Origin: Vulcanimicrobiota bacterium
GTDB taxonomy: Bacteria; Vulcanimicrobiota; Vulcanimicrobiia; Vulcanimicrobiales; Vulcanimicrobiaceae
Length of the DNA: 64,000 nt
Assembly (NCBI GenBank): GCA_963820825.1
Contig: CAWGBN010000006.1
Coordinates: forward strand, 576,001 to 640,000
Direction of reading: 5' to 3'
The notes under the pieces are model-generated. The model was given only the letters and a program-made list of their open reading frames with translations, did no database searches and had not been told where the DNA came from. Below are positions 41,533-51,100 of the stretch, one piece after another (position 1 is the first letter of the stretch; every line of letters begins with the position of its first letter). A program made the translations under genes and the position numbers.

Positions 41533-43079
41533 CGCCGCAACTTAGCCTCGTCATTCCTGTCTTCAATAACTGGTGGCTGACGCAGCGGTGCCTGCGCGAG
41601 CTCGACGGCCTGCGCGGCGCGGGTTCCGTCGCATTCGAGACGATCGTCGTCGACAACGGATCGAGCGACGAAACGCCGCAAGCGATCGCGGATTTTCCCT
41701 GGGTGCGATACCTGCGGCACGAGACCAACCGCAACTTCGCCGGCGCCTGCAACGCCGGGGCGCGCCTCGCGGAGGCACCGCTGACGCTCTTGCTCAACAA
41801 CGACGCCTATCCGCTCGGCGATGCCTTTACGCCGCTCGTCCGCGCCTTCGAACGTGACGAAGTCGCGATCGCGGGCGGCGCGCTCTTCTTTGAAGACGGC
41901 GTTACCCAAGCCGCAGGTCTCGTCGTTCTGAGCAACGCGCACTGGCATTATTATTGCCGCAATCTACCCGGCGAGCTCGAAACGGTCGGCGATTCGCGCG
42001 ATGCGCTCGGTGTCTCCGGTGCCGCGATGGCCTTTCGCACCGCGTGGTTTCTCGAAAATGGTGCCTTCGACGAGTCGTTCGTCAACGGATTCGAGGACGT
42101 CGATCTCTGCCTGCGCGCGCGAGAGCGCGGAGGCGTCATCGCATACGTTGCCGGCGCGCGCTTTGCGCATTACGAAGCGGCTTCGGCGGGCCGTTTCGAT
42201 CGCGAGGCCGAGAACGAACGGCGCTTCTTCGCGCGTTGGTCGGGTGCGATGGCGTCCTTGCCGCGCACCGCGCGCGGCAGCGTGGGTGCGATCGCCGTTA
42301 GCGCCGCTCGCGATGAATCGCCGCTCCTTGCCGCAGCGCGTGCCGAGCTCGAAGCGGCGCTGCGATCGTTCGGGCATCCGCTCGTGCATCGGGCCGTTGC
42401 GCCATGGCAACGCCTCGACCGCCGGTTTCGGGAGGCCGCGTCGCTCGCGTGGTTCGCCGACGAAGCCGAATCGCCGGGCATCGTGATCGAGCGCGGTGCG
42501 AGCGCAATGACGTCGATTCGAACGCGCGGCGCCGTCGAGCTTGCGGTGGCGTGGCTGCCCTGCGCGTCGCCGCAGCGTCTCGAGCAGCTCGTCGTCCGCG
42601 GCTCGGACGACGCTTCGTGCACGCTCGTCGGAGTCGCCGGCGACGAACGCGGTGAGGCGGCCGCGTTGATTGCATCGCTCGGATATCGTCCGATCGCTCT
42701 CACCGCTGAACGGCTGCTCGGTCGCGAGCACGCCGAGCTCGCGTGCGTCGTGCACGCCGGTCTCACCGACGACGCATCGTTTGGGAACGTCTTGCTCGCG
42801 CAAGCGGGCCTGCCCGCCGTGGTGCTTGCCACGGGTGAGCTGCGACGGCTCTTCGCTCCCGACGTCGCGATCGTTTGCGAACGAGATGCGCTCGGCGATT
42901 CGATTGCGCGGATGGTTAGCGATACCGCGCTACGCCGTCGCTACGGCAGCCTCGTCGCCGCCGACTCGCGTCGGCGGTTCTCGCCGCGCCGCAGCGCGAT
43001 TCGCGTCGTCGATCTGCTGTGCGCCGCGCGCTTCGGGCTCGAGCGTCCCGGCGCCGTGCGCAGCAACACGCCGCTTTAG
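41529..43079 (+). CDS. Glycosyltransferase family 2 with extra C-terminal domain
   Basis: LVIPVFN, VVDNGSSD, NFAGACN, LLNND, FEDVDLC. Confidence 0.85.
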   Translation: MTPQLSLVIPVFNNWWLTQRCLRELDGLRGAGSVAFETIVVDNGSSDETPQAIADFPWVRYLRHETNRNFAGACNAGARLAEAPLTLLLNNDAYPLGDAFTPLVRAFERDEVAIAGGALFFEDGVTQAAGLVVLSNAHWHYYCRNLPGELETVGDSRDALGVSGAAMAFRTAWFLENGAFDESFVNGFEDVDLCLRARERGGVIAYVAGARFAHYEAASAGRFDREAENERRFFARWSGAMASLPRTARGSVGAIAVSAARDESPLLAAARAELEAALRSFGHPLVHRAVAPWQRLDRRFREAASLAWFADEAESPGIVIERGASAMTSIRTRGAVELAVAWLPCASPQRLEQLVVRGSDDASCTLVGVAGDERGEAAALIASLGYRPIALTAERLLGREHAELACVVHAGLTDDASFGNVLLAQAGLPAVVLATGELRRLFAPDVAIVCERDALGDSIARMVSDTALRRRYGSLVAADSRRRFSPRRSAIRVVDLLCAARFGLERPGAVRSNTPL

Positions 43080-43118
43080 GAATCGCGCGCTTAGAAGGCA
43101 GGCTATTCAGTGATTAAC

Positions 43119-43930
43119 TGACGTGAGGTGAGAAAACGGCTCAAGTTGAAACTGTGAGTTCCGGGCCTCTGGCCCTAGGAGACTCACGTGAAGAAAACCC
43201 GCTTCACCGAAGCCCAGATCGTCGCGATCCTCAAGGAGCTCGACGCGGGCACGACCGCGACGGAGCTTGGCCGCCGGCACGGAATTCATGCCAATACGAT
43301 CCGCCTGTGGCGCGATAAGTACGGCGGCCTGGAAACCAGCGATCTGACCCGGCTCAAGCAGCTCGAAGCCGAGAGTGCGCGAAAAGACCGCGTGATTGCG
43401 CGGCTCACGATGGAAGTCGATGCGGTTCGCGAGCTGATCGCAAAAAACGGCTGGGGCCCTCGCACCGAAAAGAAGCTGTGAGGGCGCTTGAAGATCATGG
43501 TCTTTCCCGGGTACGAGCTTGTACGATCATCGGGCAGCCCCGCCGCACACTGTATTATCGGCGCAAGCCTAAACCGCACGACACGGCGCTCATCGAGCGC
43601 ACCAAAGAGCTTGCGCAAGAACGACAGCGTTTCGGTTGGCGGCGGCTGATCATCATGGTGCGTCGCGACTTGGTTGGCGTCGGAGAATCGCGATTCCGCC
43701 GGATTTATCGCGACCTTGGGCTGCAAGTCCACCCGAGAAAAAAGCGTAAGGTTCGGTACGTGCGTGGGAACACGATTGCTGCGGTAGCTCGACCGGACGA
43801 GCGTTGGTCGATCGACTTCATGCACGATCGGCTCGCGACCGGCCGAACAATCCGAACGATGAACGTGGTTGACGACTACACGCGAGAGTGCTTAGCAATC
43901 GATGTCGCTTTCTCGTTTGGGAGCCACGAC
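43119..43930 (+). mobile_element. IS3-family element 1, truncated at 3' end
   Basis: orfA 43188-43481 (MKKTRFTEAQI), A6C slippery site 43443-43449, orfB from 43478 with WSIDF..VVDDYTRECL, broken off after FGSHD. Confidence 0.88.
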
Positions 43931-44400
43931 AGTCTGGGCGTTGGAGCTGATGTACAAAGAGAAGCTGCATCCGGCGATGTTCCACGAACTGCAGGACGGG
44001 ATCGTGCGGCTCGATCCCGAATTTGACGGGACTCCTCGCTTCGGTGCTCATGCCGAAGTTCCGGAAGGCCGCGCTAGAGCTCGCGAATGACTACGCCAAG
44101 GAGCTCCGCCGGATTACCGTGCCGCGTCGGCTGGTTCGGGAAGGTCCGAAGCCGATCGCGGAGCGGCGGGGATCGTGGGAACGCTCGGCGTGCGGGTATT
44201 GCAAAAAGCCGCTGCCCCGCAAAGGGCTGAAATACTGCGGACGCGATTGCTATCTGCGCTATAGCATCGAGGTGGCGAAGCCGATCGCAAAGGCGCATGC
44301 GCGTCTCGCGGAAATGCGCGCAATCGGCCTCAGGCCGGGGCACGGGGGCGAAGCCGCGCGGAAGCGAGGCGCGATACTTGCGGAGAATAATCGCCGCGGG
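43931..44400 (+). pseudogene. Probable C-terminal remnant of a solo Cas1 (casposase-like) gene with Zn-finger
   Basis: Across one frameshift (~44022): WALEL..FHELQDGIVRLDPE-LTGLLA..CGYC..YCGRDC..GHGGEAARKRG; resemblance from memory only. Confidence 0.45.
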
Positions 44401-44401
44401 A

Positions 44402-45415
44402 TCACCGGGCGAAAAGCCGCCCTTTTGCAGGGCTGACAACCGCACCCTGGGCGTCGTCGAGTCCGTCTGTAATTTTTATTAAAGCTCTGCCGCCAGCCGG
44501 ATAATCGTAGAGCAAGGCATCGGACATGGCCTGCCTCTTGATGTAGATATTAGGCGCGATAATTACGTCATTTTGAATCCAGAACTGCTTAACGTATCTT
44601 GCACCACTCTTAAGCTGGGTGATACCGACGCCGTTCCCGTTGTATCCGCTGATTGCGAATTCGTAGACGCTATTCAATTGGTCGCCGATCGCGAGGTATT
44701 TGCCATCCCACTGGACTCCGCCGGGAAATCCAATATATTCATCCACCGTAATATTATTGAGTGACCTCTTGCCTTTGCCTAGCTCTGCCAGCCCGAAGTG
44801 TCCGCTTCCCGGTGCAGTTATGCCGTCGACAAAGAGGTCTCCAACGTTATCGTACCCGCAAAAGTAAAACTGATAGAACGCCGAATCTCCGTAGGTGGTC
44901 GGTCTTCCACGAGCAGATTGATAAATTTCAACTGTCGGCGACGAGCCAAAGCCCTCGCTTCCAACGGCCAAATTACCAGTTGTCGGGTCGACCGCACAGC
45001 CGACTGGATCCTTGGTTGGGCTAGCAAGTGTATTTAGGCGTATCTTGCCACCGTGTGCGTATTCAAAGATCTTTCCATAACCGATATCTACAATAAACAC
45101 ATTACCGCTCTTGTCGACGCACATACCAGTTGCAAGATAAAAATGCTTGAGAGTGCCCACAAGCTTACCGTGAGGGTACGAGTAGATCCGAACAGTTTTA
45201 CCGTTTGATATATAGAGCAAATTTTGCGATTTCGCCCCGGGCAAAATCCACGATGCCCCATTTTTACGCGCTGCTGAAAGGTAGCTGCCCGCAGAACTCG
45301 TAGAAATATCTAAATCGTGCGCCGTCATGACGGGAGCTGCTGGCAAGCCGCAAGCAGCAAGTGCAGCGGCCGCGCCGAGAGCTAATACGCAGCGGCCGTT
45401 ATACCGACTTATCAT
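44402..45415 (-). CDS. Lipoprotein with NHL-like beta-propeller repeats
   Basis: LAAC lipobox; SWILPGAKSQNLLYIS, CVDKSGNVFI, CAVDPTTGNLAV, GGVQWDG; AT-richer than flanks. Confidence 0.75.
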   Translation of the reverse strand: MISRYNGRCVLALGAAAALAACGLPAAPVMTAHDLDISTSSAGSYLSAARKNGASWILPGAKSQNLLYISNGKTVRIYSYPHGKLVGTLKHFYLATGMCVDKSGNVFIVDIGYGKIFEYAHGGKIRLNTLASPTKDPVGCAVDPTTGNLAVGSEGFGSSPTVEIYQSARGRPTTYGDSAFYQFYFCGYDNVGDLFVDGITAPGSGHFGLAELGKGKRSLNNITVDEYIGFPGGVQWDGKYLAIGDQLNSVYEFAISGYNGNGVGITQLKSGARYVKQFWIQNDVIIAPNIYIKRQAMSDALLYDYPAGGRALIKITDGLDDAQGAVVSPAKGRLFAR

Positions 45416-46050
45416 TTAGTCTCTCCCCTCGCTAGAACTGACGAGGAGTCCATTCTACTTCACGAAGCAGCCCTCATTTGCAGAATCTTCAAAACTAAAG
45501 ATATTCCGGTAACCTTGTATACGAGGCGAGCAGCCCGCGCTGTAGCCGGTTCCTAATGACTCGTTTCGCGAGCCAGCGCTGCAGTTATTGACGGGTACCC
45601 ACTTACGCCATCGAAGATAGGTGGAGAGTTTTCGTAGTTGGAGGTCTCCCCGTTTTTACTCCGCGGCCTCTCCAGAAATGACGGCGAGCTGAGTGATGTT
45701 CTTCGCGCGCCGGGCGTACTCTTCCGGTGAGAGATTTCCCAGCGAGCTGTGCGGGTGATTGGCGTTGTAATCGCGGCGCCACGCCGTGGCCTGCACGCGG
45801 GCATCCGCAAGCGATCGGAACCAATTCGGGTTGAGCAGTTCCTGTCGCACGCGGTTGTTGAACGATTCGCAAAAAGCGTTATCTGACGGGCGCCCGGGCC
45901 GCGAGAAGTCGAGCTTCACCCGATTCCAGTAGGCCCACTGATCCAGCTGCAAAGATACGAACTCTGGGCCGTGATACATACAAGACGGGGCGCTGCCCCC
46001 ATGGCGAACGGAGGTGTATCTGACTCATCTCCGCTGGAGGCAACGACCCT

Positions 46051-47313
46051 ATGGCAAAGTTCCGTGCTGCTCCAACGACGCCCGCCTGGCTCGCAATCGA
46101 CGTCGCCAAAAACCGACACGTGGCGCTGCTGGAGGACGAGGCCGGCATTCGCCGGCGTTTGACAGTTCCAAACACGCAAGAAGGTTTCGACGAGTTGGCA
46201 GGGATTCTGGCGCCGCATCTTCCCTGCGAGGTCGCGCTGGAACCAACCGGAGACTATCACCGACCCCTGGCGAACTTCTTGCTCCGGCGAGGCCACCGCG
46301 TTCATTTCGTATCGTCGATCGCTACAAATCGGACGAGAGAAGCGCTGTTCAACTCGTGGGATAAAAACGATCCGAAGGATGCGCAGGTGATTCTGCATTT
46401 GCTCAAGAGCGGTACAACGCAGGTGTTCGCCGATCCACTGCAACGTGGCAACCAAGATCTTCAGGAACTGCTCGGTACCTATCGGCAGATCACCGACCGA
46501 AAGACGCGAGCCTACCATTCGCTGATGACGCACTATTTGCCGCTGTACTTCCCGGAAGCAGAGCCCTTCCTGAGCAATCCGCGCGGCGAGTGGTTCTTGG
46601 AGGTCATGCGCATAGCGCCATGCCCTTCCACGGTCCTTCAATATACCAAAAGGACATTCGTCAAAAGGTTTACTGCAGCGGGAGGGCATTTTACATCTCG
46701 GCAAAGTCTCGTCGCCAGCTACTACGAAATTGCCAAGGAAAGCGTGGGAATTCCAGTGGCGGCGGATTCGCAGGCCGCCCAGATGTTCCAACTCGCGATT
46801 GAGCAGTACATCGGCCTCATGAAGCTTCGACGGCAGCTTCAGGAGCTCATTGACGCACAACTCGAGAACAACATCGATTATCAGCGCCTGCGCTCTATCC
46901 CTGGAATCGGCCCTATTGTTGCTCTAACGGTTCTCGCTGAAGGCGGAGATTTACGCCGCTTCAGCCACCATCGCAAATTTCTTAACTACTGTGGCCTTTC
47001 TTTGTCGACGATGCAATCCGGAACGTCACGCGGCCGACCGCAGCTCTCCAAACGCGGCAATGCTCGACTGCGATGGGCCTTCTGGATGGCAGCCAATGCT
47101 GCCATCAATCAGCGCCGAAACTCGTTTCGGAAAAAGTACGACGACTACGTTCGTCGCGATCCACTGGATGCCGATCTCAAAAGAAGAGCGTATGTCGCCG
47201 TAGCAGCGAAGATTGCGCGCGTCGCTTACGGCTTGATCAAATCTGGAAAAGAGTACCGCCACTATTTCGAAGCGGCGGTGCACGACGGGAGAATCCCTTC
47301 GCTGGGCCGTTGA
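46051..47313 (+). CDS. IS110-family DEDD recombinase/transposase
   Basis: LAIDVAK, ALEPTG, KNDPKDA (DEDD); IPGIGP, QSG, SKRGNARLR. Confidence 0.93.
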   Translation: MAKFRAAPTTPAWLAIDVAKNRHVALLEDEAGIRRRLTVPNTQEGFDELAGILAPHLPCEVALEPTGDYHRPLANFLLRRGHRVHFVSSIATNRTREALFNSWDKNDPKDAQVILHLLKSGTTQVFADPLQRGNQDLQELLGTYRQITDRKTRAYHSLMTHYLPLYFPEAEPFLSNPRGEWFLEVMRIAPCPSTVLQYTKRTFVKRFTAAGGHFTSRQSLVASYYEIAKESVGIPVAADSQAAQMFQLAIEQYIGLMKLRRQLQELIDAQLENNIDYQRLRSIPGIGPIVALTVLAEGGDLRRFSHHRKFLNYCGLSLSTMQSGTSRGRPQLSKRGNARLRWAFWMAANAAINQRRNSFRKKYDDYVRRDPLDADLKRRAYVAVAAKIARVAYGLIKSGKEYRHYFEAAVHDGRIPSLGR

Positions 47314-47430
47314 GGCGACTACGACCTCGTAGATAATGCTCGGATCTCCCGATCGGCAGCAAACTCCGTTTTGAGCTCGGTGAAGGCTCGTTTCCGAGAC
47401 CTTGTGTCATCATGGTTGGAGCTATTGCGT
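47283..47430 (+). ncRNA. Predicted bridge/seek RNA (copy A)
   Basis: Two stem-enclosed internal loops matching the target (CTGGGCCGTT, GATAATG) and the donor junction (AGCTCG, ATCATG); boundaries approximate. Confidence 0.7.
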
Positions 47431-48414
47431 CGTCGAGGGGCATCTCGGCAAGGGTGTGCAAGCTCGGCTTTGCTGTCGACGGGCATCGTTATGCCTACTA
47501 GTGGGGTTGACTTTCGTACTTAGCTCGTTATCGCAGTGGATCCGTTGCGGTGATCCACGCTCGGCAACGAGGCGGCGAAGTACCTCGACGACGTCGGTCG
47601 ATTTGAACCCCGAGGCCACCTCGAGGGCAAGGCTCTCGCGAGTAAATGAATCGACTATGGTTAAAAGGCGAATCTTGGTGCCGTCAGCGAGCACGTCGTG
47701 CATGAAGTCCATGGCCCAGCTCTGATTTGGCGCGCTGGGTACGACCCGTTCTGTCCGCACGACTGCGGCGCGCCGGCGTTTGGGTGTTTTCGTACGGATT
47801 GCGAGGTTTTCTTCGCGATAGATCCGCCGCACGCGCTTGCGATTGACCTGCCAGCCTTCACGCCGCAACAGGATCGTGATCCGTTCGTAGCCGTAGCGAA
47901 TGCGCGTGTGAGCGATCTCCTTGATCCGAGCGCGCAGAATGGGATCGTCGCGCTTGACGGGGCAGTAGTGCACCATCTTGCGATTGATGTCGAGTACGAC
48001 ACACGCCCGCCGTTCGCTCAAGCGCCAGGCCTCGCGCACCTTTGGCAGCATGACTGTGCGGCGCACCTGCCTCACCACTTTTTTTTAACGACGTCCTGCA
48101 AGACCTGACGATCCAGCGTCAGATCTGCAACGAGTCGCTTAAGGCGCGCGTTTTCGTCACGTAGCTGACGCAACTCGCGGATCTCCGGCGTTCCCAAACT
48201 GCCAAAACGCTTGCGCCAGGCATAAAACGTTGCCTCGGAGATTCCCAACTTGCGGGTGATATCGGCGATCGGCGTGCCGGCTTCGGCTTGGCGCAGGGCT
48301 GCGGCGATCTGCTCGTCGGAGTAGCGGGACTTGCGCACGGGCGAACCTCCTGTCGGTCGGTGTTCGCCGCCATTTTCTAGTTATCCGTGGCGTAAAATCT
48401 TGGGAGAAGACCCC

Positions 48415-48900
48415 GGTCCCTACGGCGTCCGTGTCATAGGTGCAGCTTGCAACAACTCCCTCTTTTTCAGTGGAGGCGCTGGCGGAGAATTTCTGACGCC
48501 GACGCAGCAGTACGGCATCTACGTCGAATCCGCCACGCAGGAAAACCTATTCATTCATAATTGCGATCTCACCGGCAATCTGAGCGCGGCGGTGTCGGCC
48601 GCAAGCCCTCCGACAAACCTGCAAATTACGGGGTGCGCTGGCTATAACGACCAAGGCGTCGTGGTCCGGAACGTTATCCCGCCGACGGCCACCACCTTTT
48701 TCAGCTACAGCTTTACCACACCGTATTACGGCCCCGTCGAGTTTTACGTCAGCGGGGTCTCGGGAGCAATCTCGCAAATCAGCATCGACGGGCACGCAAC
48801 GCCGCTGAAATCAGGGAGCTTCTTTCTCGCCCCTGGCGAGAACGCCGAGATAACGTGGTCGGGAGTGTCCTTCCCGATTTTCCTGATGATCGGGAAGTGA
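48415..48900 (+). pseudogene. C-terminal fragment of a beta-helix (pectin-lyase-like) protein truncated by IS3
   Basis: QQYGIYV, NLFIHNCDLTGN, LQITGCAGYN; the frame has no native start. Confidence 0.5.
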
Positions 48901-49143
48901 CTAGCGATCTCTAAACGGCAGAGCGTGCACTCTAAATGTGCTGAGGCGCCGGGCGAGTGGCAACTGCTGAGACCGACTGACGCGTAACCTCGGTCGCTGG
49001 TCAAAACCGGAACTGCGCGGGCTCTTCTGTAGTATCCCATGGGATTTGCCGCGGGAGGTCACCCTGAGCCTTTGGCAGCATCCACGATCCGCCGCGCTCG
49101 GCTACACCCTTCGCGATAGTTTTTAGGTCTTGGAGAAAATCGA

Positions 49144-49335
49144 ATGGCATCTGCAGCGCTCCGCCATCAGTCGCTAAGTATAAGCGCTGCCGCGACATTG
49201 CTCGCGGGGTGCAGTGGATCACAGTCGCCGATCGGCGCGGACGGTGCATCGGCCGCAAGAACGGCCTTCTTACTCGCCGTGGGGAAGGTCCTGGAGACCA
49301 TGCTCGACGAGTTGCGTACTATTACAACGATCTAA
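49144..49335 (+). pseudogene. Lipoprotein N-terminal remnant
   Basis: LSISAAATLLAGCSGSQSPIGA signal and lipobox with no mature domain. Confidence 0.45.
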
Positions 49336-49348
49336 CCAGAGGTGCCCC

Positions 49349-49804
49349 TTGAACGAGCTGGGAGCGAACGAAGACCTACGCGAAGCGCGGCAAAGTTACT
49401 TCGAGCAATACGCGTTTCCGCTTTTTAGCCACATCGACTTTCGCGTGAGCAATGCGCAGGCCGTCCGGCCTTTTTACGACGCACTCATGGCGCTGTTTGG
49501 CACCGACCCCACGACCGTACGCGTTGCGCGCTACGGATATACTCGGCGCTACGGATCAGTCCGTGCTGATTTCTTCAACGTTTTCGAAGATCCACAGGCA
49601 CGCCCAACGCCAACGCGCATCGCTTTTGCGGCGCCGAGTAGAGCTTTCGTAGACGAGGTCGCGCGCGTCGTCCGCGAACACGATGCTAGGGATGTCGAAG
49701 GTCCCGCCTATTTCGAGCAGCACCACCCAACGTTCTACGCGGTCTTCTTCGAAGACCCGTTGGGCAACCGCTTCGAGGTTTGCCATCACCGGATGGATAG
49801 ATAG
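49349..49804 (+). CDS. VOC family protein
   Basis: SHIDFRV, RIAFAA.SR..VD, YAVFFEDPLGNRFEV; TTG start after GAGGT. Confidence 0.78.
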   Translation: MNELGANEDLREARQSYFEQYAFPLFSHIDFRVSNAQAVRPFYDALMALFGTDPTTVRVARYGYTRRYGSVRADFFNVFEDPQARPTPTRIAFAAPSRAFVDEVARVVREHDARDVEGPAYFEQHHPTFYAVFFEDPLGNRFEVCHHRMDR

Positions 49805-49871
49805 GCAGCGACAGTATCGACGCCGACGAAGCTCGCAAAACCTCGCATATTGGCGGAAACGGCGTGATATC

Positions 49872-50282
49872 TCAACTCATTGGATTAGCATTCGGCGCCT
49901 TTGAACGTCGCAGATTCCATAACCCTTGCGCTGAGAGGATAGCGGAGAAGACCGAGGTCACGGCGAGCGCGAGGAGAGTCCAAACGAAGAAGAACGCTCC
50001 ACTGGACTCAGCGAGCGTGCCGGCCGGCAGTCCTCCTGCTCTGCTCACGTGAACAGTGAAAACTACCATGCCCGCGACCGATCCGAGGAGCATGATCGCG
50101 TGCCCCGATCGCCGCTCAGCGAGCACCAGCGCCCCGTATAGCCAGATGACGAGGACAGCGATCGCCACGACGTTTGAGGCCGGTGACCTATCGGTCCCAT
50201 AGACGATATCATCCGTCAAGTGAAGCGAGAGGAGGGTGATCGAGAGCAGAGACATGATGGTTAAGACATTGTTGCGCTTCAT
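49872..50282 (-). CDS. Hypothetical four-TM membrane protein
   Basis: Hydrophobic helices, HLTDD motif. Confidence 0.6.
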   Translation of the reverse strand: MKRNNVLTIMSLLSITLLSLHLTDDIVYGTDRSPASNVVAIAVLVIWLYGALVLAERRSGHAIMLLGSVAGMVVFTVHVSRAGGLPAGTLAESSGAFFFVWTLLALAVTSVFSAILSAQGLWNLRRSKAPNANPMS

Positions 50283-50537
50283 ATGGGATAAGTTTACTAC
50301 ATAACGGCCTTCAAACTTCCGGTCGGGGCCCACCGCGGTCTTTCGGGGACATTTTCGCCCGCCGTTGTCATAGATAACTACATTGGTTAGAAGTGAATAG
50401 TTGGCCGACCTTAAGCACTCTCGTTTGTCTTCGAGCGAAACAAGAGCGTCGAGCTCAGTGGCGTTGGGATAGGTTTCTCGGAGCGGAAACTGGAGGCCAG
50501 AATGCCGTGCGCTTGGCGCTTCTCGGCCATCGCGCCA

Positions 50538-51026
50538 TCAAAGATCCTGAGCCTGGACAAGATTACAGGAAAATGCAAGGGTTTTACTCTTGTTGTAGAC
50601 CGCCAAGGCGACTAAGCCGACGGTATCAGCATACGCCGTCACAGACGTGGTCCCAGTCCTGTCGTTCGTGTCGGCATATATCTGAACTGCGTAACGACCC
50701 GACGGTACCGTGATTGTTGAACTGCCGCTCCACGTCCGGACGTTAGTCGATCCGTCGGGTTGCGTCAGCCGTAACTCAAATGATCGCGATGGCCGGAAAG
50801 GAACGGCAATTGGCGTCGTCGGGAAGGAACGTAGTGAGCCATCGGAGTTGAACACACCTACGAACAAGATGTCATGTGCGCCATCGTACGCCTGTAAAGT
50901 GGTATCGGATAAAGTCGACGGGAAACCGTTATACGTCTCGGTAACCGTAAAGTAGGGGCCATCATCGCCATAGCGGTGAATTTGCATTGTATAGTGGCGC
51001 CCCGATCTGAATCGGCTCTTTCGCAT
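50538..51026 (-). CDS. Chimeric ORF: IS3 orfA start fused to a beta-rich protein fragment
   Basis: Begins MRKSRF like the IS3 orfAs; remainder unrelated. Confidence 0.4.
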   Translation of the reverse strand: MRKSRFRSGRHYTMQIHRYGDDGPYFTVTETYNGFPSTLSDTTLQAYDGAHDILFVGVFNSDGSLRSFPTTPIAVPFRPSRSFELRLTQPDGSTNVRTWSGSSTITVPSGRYAVQIYADTNDRTGTTSVTAYADTVGLVALAVYNKSKTLAFSCNLVQAQDL

Positions 51027-51100
51027 GTGAGTCTCCTAGCCGGGCTGTACGCCCGAGAACTCACAGTCTCCGTCTGTCCCGAATCCGCGCCTACCGGTCA
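51008..51100 (-). mobile_element. IS3-family left-end remnant (element 4)
   Basis: ACTGTGAGTT..CTAGGAGACTCAC-start matches the left end of element 1. Confidence 0.7.

Larger units (their letters stand above)
45973..47525 (+). mobile_element. IS110-family element, copy A (intact)
   Basis: Flanked by CGT at 45970-45972 and 47526-47528; both ends identical to copy B; long non-coding end downstream of the ORF. Confidence 0.92.
45641..48414 (-). mobile_element. IS3-family element 2, orfB interrupted by IS110
   Basis: orfA 48072-48338; A8G slippery site; orfB 48078-47526 (..RIHCDN) resumes at 45972-45656 (GPEF..ESFN..HSSLG); imperfect terminal IRs. Confidence 0.9.

Noticed and set aside
45973..47525. 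IS1111-type sub-terminal inverted repeats
   Set aside because: Only weak similarity between the ends, so no subgroup is assigned
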